A stretch of DNA of 36,323 bases, taken from positions 1-36,323 of the IMG/VR virus record IMGVR_UViG_3300032332_000710. One strand, written 5' to 3'. The notes under the pieces are model-generated. The model had not been told where the DNA came from, did not search any database, and saw nothing but the letters and a program-made list of their open reading frames with translations. This document shows positions 19,998 through 27,974 of the stretch, one piece after another (position 1 is the first letter of the stretch; each line of letters begins with the position of its first letter). This stretch comes from a virus. Lineage: Duplodnaviria; Caudoviricetes. The position numbers were made by a program, and so were the translations under genes.

Positions 19998-20052
19998 AAA
20001 AAGCCCCTGCTCGTTTAAGCATCGCTGATAGGCTTGAGCAGGGGACCGCAAT
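19998..20052 (-). ncRNA. Candidate small RNA (-10 box, hairpin, U-tract; no ORF)
   Basis: TACACT at 20064-20059, then CCCCTGCTC...GAGCAGGGG-CTTTTT. Confidence 0.4.
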
Positions 20053-20212
20053 ACTTAAAGTGTACACCATTGTTCAGTTAATTTGGAACAAGGGGTCGGG
20101 TATTCCATTTTATTGCACTGGACTGCAATATAACCAAGCAAAACGTTGCACTGAGATGCAACAATGTAACATTTAGCGTGGTTTTGTTATATTTCAACAT
20201 AAACAATATAAC

Positions 20213-20253
20213 AAAAAACCCAGCCATGAATTAACAGAGGACTGGGTGTTTAT
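20213..20253 (-). ncRNA. Candidate small RNA (-10 box, hairpin, U-tract; no ORF)
   Basis: TACTAT at 20265-20260, then ACCCAGTC...GGCTGGGT-TTTTT. Confidence 0.4.
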
Positions 20254-20330
20254 ACTTCAATAGTAACGCTTACATGTTACTTTCCAAGCGTAAACTACCA
20301 ATTTCACAGGTTCTACGCTACTAAAAGCAC

Positions 20331-20371
20331 AAAAGAACGGGCCCGCAACTCCGCTAAGAGTCCGGGCCCAT
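20331..20371 (-). terminator. Intrinsic terminator
   Basis: ATGGGCCCG-GACTC-TTAGCG-GAGTT-G-CGGGCCCGT-TCTTTT. Confidence 0.75.
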
Positions 20372-20385
20372 CAATTAGAGATACT

Positions 20386-20487
20386 TTACCAGAAGTTATG
20401 TCCGGTCTTCATCCAATACAGTGTGTCTGCAAAAAGAAACAATGACACTAGTGCCCAAGCAGCAGCGGCATACACGATAACTTTCAT
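20386..20487 (-). CDS. 33-aa single-TM peptide
   Basis: MKVIVYAAAAWALVSLFLFADTLYWMKTGHNFW with AAGGAG RBS. Confidence 0.65.
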   Translation of the reverse strand: MKVIVYAAAAWALVSLFLFADTLYWMKTGHNFW

Positions 20488-20500
20488 TAATCTTTACTCC

Positions 20501-20965
20501 TTAATACCAGCGCTTGCGCTGCCATTCTGACCATGCGTTACAAGGTGTTCCATAACGCCCCTTAATGTACTTTAGTCCCCATTTGATTTGTGTGTAGGGA
20601 TTACTACGCCAGTCTGCTCCCGCAGCAGACATCTTGCTTCCGGGGAGTGCTTGAGGAATCCCATGCGCTCCAGAAGGGTTGTGGGCGGAAACGTTCCACC
20701 CACTTTCACGATTCCATAGTGCGACCACGCAAACATATTGCTGTCCACACCACCCATACGTTTTAGCCATGTACTGACGTGCTACTCGTTTATTGAATTG
20801 TGGAGAGGCGTATGGGAGCCTGACGTAAGACCTTGAAGCAATCACGCTACGACAAGGGCTCTGTTTTTCATTAGCATTAGCCTGACTCTGGGCTGTGGGT
20901 AGCGATACAAGTAAACTTGCAAGAAGCGCCACTGCGGGAGTCAGACGTTTGGTTCTGTCTAACAT
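20501..20965 (-). CDS. Secreted lytic transglycosylase (SLT-like, actinobacterial type)
   Basis: Signal peptide; LWNRESGWN..A.NPSGAHGIPQALPGSKM...QIKWGLKYIKGRYGTPC.AW. Confidence 0.9.
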   Translation of the reverse strand: MLDRTKRLTPAVALLASLLVSLPTAQSQANANEKQSPCRSVIASRSYVRLPYASPQFNKRVARQYMAKTYGWCGQQYVCVVALWNRESGWNVSAHNPSGAHGIPQALPGSKMSAAGADWRSNPYTQIKWGLKYIKGRYGTPCNAWSEWQRKRWY

Positions 20966-21039
20966 ACCCTTTTAGCCTAGCACAGGTTTTACATGAAGTT
21001 GCTAGGGGTAAGCCTTAAATAAAGATATTAGTATAAATA

Positions 21040-21318
21040 CTACTTTTTCTTTGCGCGGCGCTTATCTTCTTTAGCCACGTTCTTGGAGTGGCTCATAGCC
21101 TGCAGGTTTGACAAAGAGTCATGGCCTTTACGACCACCGTTGTCCTTGTGGTCAACGTCAGTATCATGTGATAGTTTTGTGTGGTGAGCCTTCTCGTACT
21201 TGTAACGGGCTACGTTAACAGTATGGCGAGTGCCGTCCGTATCCTCAACGATGTACTTAGGACGTCCGCCCTTGGTGCTGTCCTTGTATGGTCCGTAGAC
21301 CTTTTTCTCTTTAGCCAC
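21040..21318 (-). CDS. HNH-like nuclease
   Basis: DVDHKDN......DSLSNLQAMSHSKN. Confidence 0.7.
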   Translation of the reverse strand: MAKEKKVYGPYKDSTKGGRPKYIVEDTDGTRHTVNVARYKYEKAHHTKLSHDTDVDHKDNGGRKGHDSLSNLQAMSHSKNVAKEDKRRAKKK

Positions 21319-21320
21319 GA

Positions 21321-21479
21321 TTAACCACGCGCATCGTTAATAGCGTTGCGGTTCTGGCTAGAACGGTCACGATTACGCTTTGTACGTCGGTCATTAAAGA
21401 TAGGAGCCTTCTGGTTAACGTTCTTAGGACCAGTACCTCCGCCAGTAACGTATGTAGGCTTTTGGTTCTTACTTGCCAT
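21321..21479 (-). CDS. Small basic protein (52 aa)
   Basis: MASKNQKP...FNDRRTKRNRDRSSQNRNAINDARG; TAATG overlap with upstream gene. Confidence 0.65.
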   Translation of the reverse strand: MASKNQKPTYVTGGGTGPKNVNQKAPIFNDRRTKRNRDRSSQNRNAINDARG

Positions 21480-21715
21480 TAGGACTTTCCTTCCAACTTA
21501 CGGTTTGGGTGGTTAGCCCTATCGGGGGGATTAGATGTCGGTTTTGCACTAGTAAAGTGGTCTTTACAAGCGTAATCATGGTCCCAATTATGATGGGAAT
21601 CCCCATCCCAACTTTTGCCTCTATGCTCACAGTCTTCAGTTACACATCTAACATCTGCGTGAACTTTATGGTTACCAACATCGCACAGGTGTTCTACTGC
21701 TGCTTTACTTGCCAT
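21479..21715 (-). CDS. Cys/His-rich hypothetical protein
   Basis: Start at ATG 21715 (MASKAAVEHLC). Confidence 0.6.
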   Translation of the reverse strand: MASKAAVEHLCDVGNHKVHADVRCVTEDCEHRGKSWDGDSHHNWDHDYACKDHFTSAKPTSNPPDRANHPNRKLEGKS

Positions 21716-21902
21716 CAGGGGTACCCTGCCTATCTTCCAATGCTTTCGCATGTTTGTCATAGTGATGCTGACAAAACAGTAAATCGCCAGTCTTTAGAGT
21801 CACACGCACTTTTGCCTGTACTCCGCATGCATCACATCTATCTCTTTTAGTAAGGGGCTGATTAATTCGCGGAGTTGGTTGATGCTGTGCACTAACCTTC
21901 AT
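21705..21902 (-). CDS. Small Zn-binding protein of an actinobacterial family (DUF7455-like)
   Basis: LT..DRCD.CG.QA.VRV.L..G.LLFC.HH..KH...L. Confidence 0.7.
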   Translation of the reverse strand: MKVSAQHQPTPRINQPLTKRDRCDACGVQAKVRVTLKTGDLLFCQHHYDKHAKALEDRQGTPDGK

Positions 21903-21961
21903 TGGCTATCAAGTTTAATCAACATACTTACATTTTGTCTTAAAACTGTTGATAAATCAGG

Positions 21962-22276
21962 TTAAGCAGATGCAGCAGTACCTACATCAGCACCTGCGCT
22001 GATTGTATCGCCAGAAGTAGGTGAGCCACCTGCGATGTCGCCCATACCCGCATCAAGACGTCCGCCACCTGCAGTTGGGTCTTCTAGCGCTTCTTGAGCG
22101 GTTGTCTCACTAGCCTCGTGGTCGGGTGCGGTGGTGGAATAATTTCCAAGGTTATTTATCGCAGTGTAAAAACCCGGATAGACACCCCACCCGCCCATGA
22201 GCCCTGCAATAGGGTAATCACGATGACGCTTTTTCATGTCCTCGTGTTGGCTATGGCTTAAGTTTTTTTCAGACAT
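21962..22276 (-). CDS. Hypothetical protein
   Basis: 104 aa, TAATG-coupled to the M23 gene. Confidence 0.65.
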   Translation of the reverse strand: MSEKNLSHSQHEDMKKRHRDYPIAGLMGGWGVYPGFYTAINNLGNYSTTAPDHEASETTAQEALEDPTAGGGRLDAGMGDIAGGSPTSGDTISAGADVGTAASA

Positions 22277-22701
22277 TACTTAGAGGGCTTACCCTTGTAT
22301 CGGAAAATCCACTTAGGATTAACACCCTTACCTACCTGCCAGAACGGAGTAGATTGTGCTTCAAAGTGTAGGTGCGGACCTGAACTAACGCCTTCAAGAC
22401 CAACATCAGCAATGTGCTGGCCCATCTTTACATAATCGCCAGCCTTGACGTAAGACTTGAGTACGTGCGCGTAGGTGCAGTAGTAAGTACGGAAACGGAA
22501 CTTGTGCTTGATTGTTGGTGAGAACTTGCCTAGGTTTGGGCCTTGCTTACCTACAGATGTAACAACACCATCAGCGACTGCATAGACTGGCGTTCCAACA
22601 GGTGCGCCAAAATCTACCCCTTGGTGCCAACCTGAAATCCACTGGGGCCCTTTGACTCCATAAGCACATGTAACCTTAGGGTTCTTAATTGGGTAAGCCA
22701 T
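22276..22701 (-). CDS. M23 family peptidoglycan peptidase (endolysin candidate)
   Basis: HQGVDF, GTPVYAVADGVV, YAHV, SSGPHLHFE. Confidence 0.92.
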   Translation of the reverse strand: MAYPIKNPKVTCAYGVKGPQWISGWHQGVDFGAPVGTPVYAVADGVVTSVGKQGPNLGKFSPTIKHKFRFRTYYCTYAHVLKSYVKAGDYVKMGQHIADVGLEGVSSGPHLHFEAQSTPFWQVGKGVNPKWIFRYKGKPSK

Positions 22702-22763
22702 CGCTTCTCCTTAACATCGTGCCCTCAAGATACATGTTACGCGATGTTTGCGTCGCACATGCT

Positions 22764-22844
22764 CTATTCGACTTCGATCACTTTTTCAACAGGTTCAGTG
22801 GTCAGGATGAGCAACACAGCAACCAGACGAGGCAAATTTTTCAT
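22764..22844 (-). CDS. Candidate leaderless 26-aa leader peptide
   Basis: TACTCT-N6-ATG; MKNLPRLVAVLLILTTEPVEKVIEVE. Confidence 0.35.
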   Translation of the reverse strand: MKNLPRLVAVLLILTTEPVEKVIEVE

Positions 22845-22898
22845 ATCTCTAGAGTAGTCCTTTGTTCGTGTGTGTTTCCTCGAAAACTATTTTTTTAT

Positions 22899-23117
22899 TT
22901 AGTAAAAGCCCTGCATACTTAATGTCGGGATAACTGGAGAGGTGTGCCCCACAATGTGGCCCTTATCTTCAAAGGACTTACAGGTCCCACAGGTCATACG
23001 CTTACTTGGGTCTAGTAGACCCTTGTTCTCTAAACCATTCTCATAGTTAACAACATCTATGGGGTGCTTGAACCAGCGACACCCGTAGATGCTCTTAGCA
23101 TTGATAATGTCATTCAC
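22899..23117 (-). CDS. Hypothetical protein
   Basis: 72 aa with CGTC, directly after the upstream stop. Confidence 0.55.
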   Translation of the reverse strand: MNDIINAKSIYGCRWFKHPIDVVNYENGLENKGLLDPSKRMTCGTCKSFEDKGHIVGHTSPVIPTLSMQGFY

Positions 23118-23119
23118 AC

Positions 23120-23797
23120 TTAGAGTCCCGGAATCCTTAGTTGATCTGGCTTAGGTGCTTTAGGTGTTGGTGCTGGAGTAGCAGCGGCTTCTTTAGCCTG
23201 TTTTCTCTTATCGATACGTCGTTGGACTACTTGCTTCATAGTAGCGTTACCAGCATCAATTTCTTCTTGAGAAGCATGTCTTGTTGCGTATGAACTCAAA
23301 GTACTTAACATTTCTTGTACTCCCCAGTCTGTAAGACTACCTTTATCCATTTCGTTAGTAGGCGCTGTCGGCAATTCCGCACGATTAGGCACATCATCGC
23401 CAATTTGTTGCGCTACTCGTAAACTGTGCTTAGATAGACTTGGTGGTGCTGAAGGTACTTCGTTGAATTGTGCTTTAGAAAGATTAGCAGCAATTCCTAA
23501 AATGGTAGGCGCGGTATGTCCAGATTCACTATGAGCAGCGTAGTTATCAATGATTGGTCCGTGATGTAAGAACAACTCCATCTGTGGGTCTGCTTTAGTA
23601 GCGTTGTGTTCCTCAACCTCACGGCTATCTGGGCCAAAGGTACGGGGATGAATAACGGATATGTGAGAGCCTATTAGTCTACCGTTAGGACGAGCACTAG
23701 CGGTTACGTTAGTGGCTGTAACCTGTCCCCAATCATGCAACCTGTGCATGCTTGTGGTTACTTTGTAAGTGTGGTCTACTTTGGGTTCTTTTGGCAT
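23120..23797 (-). CDS. Hypothetical protein, paralogue of 23801-24496
   Basis: Shared blocks HPRT.GPD, VEEHNATK..PQMELF.HHGP, HSLRVAQQ.GD.VPN. Confidence 0.8.
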   Translation of the reverse strand: MPKEPKVDHTYKVTTSMHRLHDWGQVTATNVTASARPNGRLIGSHISVIHPRTFGPDSREVEEHNATKADPQMELFLHHGPIIDNYAAHSESGHTAPTILGIAANLSKAQFNEVPSAPPSLSKHSLRVAQQIGDDVPNRAELPTAPTNEMDKGSLTDWGVQEMLSTLSSYATRHASQEEIDAGNATMKQVVQRRIDKRKQAKEAAATPAPTPKAPKPDQLRIPGL

Positions 23798-23800
23798 CGA

Positions 23801-24496
23801 TTACACCCCCGGAATCTTTAATTGTTCAGAAGTAGGTGTAGGTGCTTTAGGAGTAGGTGCAGGAGTAGTAGTAACCTCTTTAGCCTGCTTCCTTTTATTG
23901 ATACGTCTTTTTACTACTTGCTTTATTACGTCTGTACCTTTAGCGACGTCTTCAGAAGAAACAGGTGTTGAATTGTACTTTTTAAGATTACCAATGTGTT
24001 CATTCATCTCAAAGTCATTCCAAAGATCTTCAGTCATGTAATTGGTAGGAGACTTCGGCAATTCCGAATGATTAGGCACAGCATCACCAAGTTGTTGTGC
24101 TACTCGTAGACTATGTTCAGAAAGATTAGTTGATGAGTCTGGGATTGCTCCGAATTGTTGTTTAGAAAGGTGTGCGGCTATTCCGAGGACAATAGGAGCA
24201 GTGTGCTTAGAACGACTGTGTGAGTTGTAGTTATCCAGAGTAGGCCCATGATGCTGAAATAATTCCATTTGAGGATTTTCTTTAGTAGCATTATGTTCTT
24301 CAACGTCTGGATGGTCTGGTCCAAGTGTTCTTGGGTGCACAAGGTCTATTGAAGACCCCATCCAGTCATTGCCCCAAGGTTGTTCTACATGTGAAAATAC
24401 AGTGGTAACTGGAACTTCATGATATTGGGAAACATCAGTAAACGCAGTATGAGTCTTAGTAGAATAATCATGGTCTAATCTACGCCTTCTTGGCAT
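23801..24496 (-). CDS. Hypothetical protein, paralogue of 23120-23797
   Basis: Same blocks plus shared C-terminus PAPTPKAP...QL.IPG. Confidence 0.8.
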   Translation of the reverse strand: MPRRRRLDHDYSTKTHTAFTDVSQYHEVPVTTVFSHVEQPWGNDWMGSSIDLVHPRTLGPDHPDVEEHNATKENPQMELFQHHGPTLDNYNSHSRSKHTAPIVLGIAAHLSKQQFGAIPDSSTNLSEHSLRVAQQLGDAVPNHSELPKSPTNYMTEDLWNDFEMNEHIGNLKKYNSTPVSSEDVAKGTDVIKQVVKRRINKRKQAKEVTTTPAPTPKAPTPTSEQLKIPGV

Positions 24497-24614
24497 CAGG
24501 AGTCATCCTCTCAGGTAGGTTCTTTTGATTGGGGTACTCTTTAGCCCACTTCTTAGCAATCTCAGGATGTTTAGCAAACATAAGCCGACGCTGTGCTTCT
24601 GACTTAAATGGCAT
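24480..24614 (-). CDS. Small basic phage protein (44 aa)
   Basis: MPFKSEAQRRLMFAKHPEIAKKWAKEYP...; TGATG overlap with upstream gene. Confidence 0.75.
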   Translation of the reverse strand: MPFKSEAQRRLMFAKHPEIAKKWAKEYPNQKNLPERMTPDAKKA

Positions 24615-24967
24615 CAGGCTTGTCCTAACTCTCTAGCGTAATCCTCATCGATGTCTTCATGACCTTGAGTACGTCCATACACTTTAGAAAACTTGTTCAT
24701 AAGGTGAACAGCGGGACGGCTAATCACGCTGCCCCAATTAATTGTATGACTAGGGTAGGTTTGATACAGGTTATGTAATAGTTCTTGTGCATGACCTTTA
24801 CCTTCATCACTTGACTTCAAGTAAGTGATGTTGGTCTGCTTTACCTCTGGGTCATGCTCATACTCTACGTAAGCACTACCTTTAGATAGTTTACGTATCT
24901 CTGGAACGCCGTCCCCTCCGTCAATCAGGCTATCCTTGATTTCAGGGAATTGTTTGCCTCTATCCAT
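24614..24967 (-). CDS. GNAT-like acetyltransferase
   Basis: ITYLKSSDEGKGHAQELL resembles GNAT motif A. Confidence 0.6.
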   Translation of the reverse strand: MDRGKQFPEIKDSLIDGGDGVPEIRKLSKGSAYVEYEHDPEVKQTNITYLKSSDEGKGHAQELLHNLYQTYPSHTINWGSVISRPAVHLMNKFSKVYGRTQGHEDIDEDYARELGQA

Positions 24968-25311
24968 TAGATATCTTCTTCACCATCTTCTAAGAAACCC
25001 CACCTAGGTAAATGGCCTCCAAAACGCTTTACCATAGCGTGGGCCCAACCGTTTCCATCTTGTGTACGCTCTTCAGAATGCTCAGGTCCTTTTACTCCAA
25101 GACTCTTTGCATGCAGGTACATCCCTGTAGCAACACCTTTGTCTCGGTGCTCTGGATTAACATGTAGCCCTGAAATTACTCCGTAAGAGTCTTTTCCCCA
25201 TATTAGATACCCTACTTCTTCACCTTTATGGTGGGCTGTAACTTTGTGACGAAGGTTATCACTACCGTCATACGAATACTCATAAGGAAATTGCGCTCCA
25301 CGTTTGGGCAT
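24967..25311 (-). CDS. GNAT acetyltransferase
   Basis: VGYL.W...ISGLHVNPEHRDKGVATGMY...HS..RT.DG. Confidence 0.85.
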   Translation of the reverse strand: MPKRGAQFPYEYSYDGSDNLRHKVTAHHKGEEVGYLIWGKDSYGVISGLHVNPEHRDKGVATGMYLHAKSLGVKGPEHSEERTQDGNGWAHAMVKRFGGHLPRWGFLEDGEEDI

Positions 25312-25643
25312 TAGTAGCCTCCTCTACACTCTTCACAGAAGTTGTGAGGAGCAGCGGCTGTCCTTTTAGCGTCACCGAGGCTATCCGTATTAATCAAAGT
25401 ACCATGAGTGTCACAGGTGACTACGTACTTACCGCCCTCAGAGTCATACCCTGCTTTATCAGCGTCGTAGACTCGTCCCATGCCTCCACTTACTTTGGAC
25501 TTCACGCTGTAAAGCAATCCTTCATGGTCTGGATGGTATTGCAGGACATGGGCTACAGCGGTGTCATAACTACGAAACTTACTGTTGCACTTATTACATG
25601 TGTGCGTGTAAGGATTCCTAAACTGTGACCCTGCTTCTGGCAT
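25311..25643 (-). CDS. Zn-finger protein (C2H2 plus CxxH/CxxC)
   Basis: CNKC..KF.......HV..YH; CDTH...CEEC. Confidence 0.7.
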   Translation of the reverse strand: MPEAGSQFRNPYTHTCNKCNSKFRSYDTAVAHVLQYHPDHEGLLYSVKSKVSGGMGRVYDADKAGYDSEGGKYVVTCDTHGTLINTDSLGDAKRTAAAPHNFCEECRGGY

Positions 25644-25645
25644 GG

Positions 25646-25858
25646 CTATCCTACAAACGGATTATTGCCAGAGCCTCGGTTGAAACGACGTGCAGCAGCA
25701 GCGTCTACAGCCTTACTCAGTGCGGATTCGTGACTTTCAACTGCCTCTGACGCACGGTCTGCAGGAAGAGTAGGGTTGTGAGTAGTAGGAGCGCCAAATA
25801 GCCGTCCTACTGTCTGTACTGCCCCGATACTACCGGGACGCTTGTATTCTTTAGCCAT
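25646..25858 (-). CDS. Hypothetical protein
   Basis: 70 aa in operon context. Confidence 0.65.
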   Translation of the reverse strand: MAKEYKRPGSIGAVQTVGRLFGAPTTHNPTLPADRASEAVESHESALSKAVDAAAARRFNRGSGNNPFVG

Positions 25859-25867
25859 TCTTATTCC

Positions 25868-26155
25868 TTAATCCTGTTGTCTAAACTTTGCGATACGGCT
25901 TCGCGCACCCGGACCTGCTCTACCGATAATCTTTTCAGCGGCTCTTCCAGCACTCTCTCTAACCGCTGGGTTGTCAATAATTTTATGAGCGGCTTTTTCA
26001 GTTGCTTTAGCAATAACTGGAGCAGCGTATGGGTGACCAGCAGCAGCGGCGCCTGCGCCTACTACTGTGCCAATTGCCTTAGCAGGGTCCTTTTTAATCT
26101 CAGAGGGCTTGAGGCTTCTAGCCGCATCCATAGCGCCTCTACCGAACTTCTTCAT
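25868..26155 (-). CDS. Basic Ala-rich hypothetical protein
   Basis: 95 aa, GGAG RBS. Confidence 0.7.
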   Translation of the reverse strand: MKKFGRGAMDAARSLKPSEIKKDPAKAIGTVVGAGAAAAGHPYAAPVIAKATEKAAHKIIDNPAVRESAGRAAEKIIGRAGPGARSRIAKFRQQD

Positions 26156-26222
26156 GAGGTGTCTCCATACTAGTTAGCCCTGTAGTAATTATGGCTGATA
26201 AGCCATCCTGAGTCTGGATTAA

Positions 26223-27257
26223 CTAAGGTGCAGGGGGAGCGCTATTCTTAGGAGTGTACTTAGCAGGGGGAGCCTTCTTAACAGGCTTTGTTGACCTATT
26301 ACGAGTAACGTCTCCCAACTCACGGCGTTTAGGAGCAGGTGCAGGCGCTACTCTCATAAGGATCTTTGTTCTGTCAACAAATTGTTTTGCTTCAGGACTA
26401 ACATCATTAAATTGAGCGTTTATTTGAGCAGCCATATGCCCTGAGCCATAATCTTTGTACATTTCATTTAACGAGTATTGATTACCCCCACTAGTCTTGT
26501 TTAACTCTTCACGAGACACTGGAATAGGGTCTTTATCTTCACTTGGGTTAAAACTCATAGGAGTCATGTAGGCGTATGGGAACAGTCCGCCCTCATGCTG
26601 TTCTAGTTTGTCACGTTCAGGATTGTAAAAAGGCTCTTTAGTTTTTCTCACCTTTGTGTAATCAATAGGGGCTAACTTATCTAGGCTACCTGCGTGGTAC
26701 ATAGCCAGAGTGAGTGGGTGAACTTCATGTTCTTTACCGTTAGCGATGGCGTCTCGGACGTAATCTGAGTGGGTGAGTGCCTTATGACGGTTATTAAGGA
26801 CTACAGAGGTGGAGTTTTGGTCTTCTACTTCATTTCTGTAGTAAGCAGCAACCTCTGTTCCTTGTGCATTGTCGTGAAGATCTGGGCTATGGTTAGCATG
26901 ATAGTCACTCACAAGCGAGTCAACGCCGTTAATAAAGCGTTCTGGAGGTACGTGTAGTGCGTACACCGTTGCAGGGTCGCCACTTCCATCCCTCTTAGGC
27001 CCTAGCCCGCGAGCCACTCTTTCTTCAGCCGAATCAATCGTTCCTGCATGGATACCTGCGTGACCGCTACCGTATTTTGTGTAGTCCGTACCTGCTGCAG
27101 GTAGAGGGGTGTAACTGGCATGAAACACCGTGTCCCGATGGTTAATGAACTCTGTGGGGTCCATCTGGTGAGGCTGCCTCTGCCCTGCAGGTGTCAATGA
27201 CTTATCCCCAGCCGGTATTAGCGACAACTGTTCAAACTGCTTGCCTAATTCGCTCAT
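26223..27257 (-). CDS. Putative ADP-ribosyltransferase-fold protein (ART-PolyVal-like)
   Basis: VFHAS...GIHAGTIDSA..R...VYAL...YYRNEVED..STSVV; leaderless start. Confidence 0.55.
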   Translation of the reverse strand: MSELGKQFEQLSLIPAGDKSLTPAGQRQPHQMDPTEFINHRDTVFHASYTPLPAAGTDYTKYGSGHAGIHAGTIDSAEERVARGLGPKRDGSGDPATVYALHVPPERFINGVDSLVSDYHANHSPDLHDNAQGTEVAAYYRNEVEDQNSTSVVLNNRHKALTHSDYVRDAIANGKEHEVHPLTLAMYHAGSLDKLAPIDYTKVRKTKEPFYNPERDKLEQHEGGLFPYAYMTPMSFNPSEDKDPIPVSREELNKTSGGNQYSLNEMYKDYGSGHMAAQINAQFNDVSPEAKQFVDRTKILMRVAPAPAPKRRELGDVTRNRSTKPVKKAPPAKYTPKNSAPPAP

Positions 27258-27269
27258 TTGACAAGTTTA
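27252..27269 (-). promoter_or_regulatory. Leaderless promoter
   Basis: TAAACT-TGTCAA-ATG. Confidence 0.6.
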
Positions 27270-27299
27270 TCTCAAAAGGGTATTAGGGTAATGCTCTAA

Positions 27300-27962
27300 C
27301 TACTTAGGTGGCCTTTTTGGATTAAATTGAGCACTAAGGTGATGTACAAGCCATTCTTGCTCACCCTTACCCTTGTAAATGGCTGATTTACCATACTGGT
27401 CCATGGATAGCCCGAGTGCTTCACCCGGCTGCGCTGTGTAGACAGCCCCCGAACCTTTAGTTTTTCTAGCGTAACTAGCAAAATCCTTAGCAACATCTTT
27501 ATTTTCACTAAAGGATAGCAACCCTGTCGTAGGTAGGTCCAAACTAGGACTACGAGTACCTGCAGACCCTCGGTAGAGAGGGACGTCATTAGGCTGTCCA
27601 GCGGTCAGTAGTTCTTTATGAAGGGCTAGGATTGCCGCTGCGTGGGTGTGAGGGGTGTCTCTGTACCCTGTCATGCGTGAAGGACCGCTTCTGTACAACT
27701 TCATAGCATTCTGTACGTGTTGCTCGTGCGGGGTTTCTAAAACCCTCTGCAGGTCTTCCCTGCTGGAGTCCAACATGTGGGTCATGAATTGCCCACCTAA
27801 TGCCCCTTTTGACTGTCCTGCCGATTGGGCTACTAAGTCTTGGAACTCAGAGTGGCTGTAACCCTTACCATTTAGCATTACCCGACCCTGTGACAGAGCC
27901 TCTTGCGGCGACACGCCGTATGCAGCCACATATTGGTCATGAAATGGCGGGTTTGTGCTCAT
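27300..27962 (-). CDS. Putative R-S-E class ADP-ribosyltransferase
   Basis: LYRG, LLSFSENKDVAKDFA and EQEWLV in the canonical order; leaderless start. Confidence 0.7.
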   Translation of the reverse strand: MSTNPPFHDQYVAAYGVSPQEALSQGRVMLNGKGYSHSEFQDLVAQSAGQSKGALGGQFMTHMLDSSREDLQRVLETPHEQHVQNAMKLYRSGPSRMTGYRDTPHTHAAAILALHKELLTAGQPNDVPLYRGSAGTRSPSLDLPTTGLLSFSENKDVAKDFASYARKTKGSGAVYTAQPGEALGLSMDQYGKSAIYKGKGEQEWLVHHLSAQFNPKRPPK

Positions 27963-27974
27963 TTGACAATTCTA
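27957..27974 (-). promoter_or_regulatory. Leaderless promoter
   Basis: TAGAAT-TGTCAA-ATG. Confidence 0.65.

Noticed and set aside
22702-22860. c-di-AMP (ydaO) riboswitch upstream of the M23 gene
   Set aside because: The context fits, but I could not find the GCUGAAUC, GGGGAACC or CCCGUCAGCUAAC motifs
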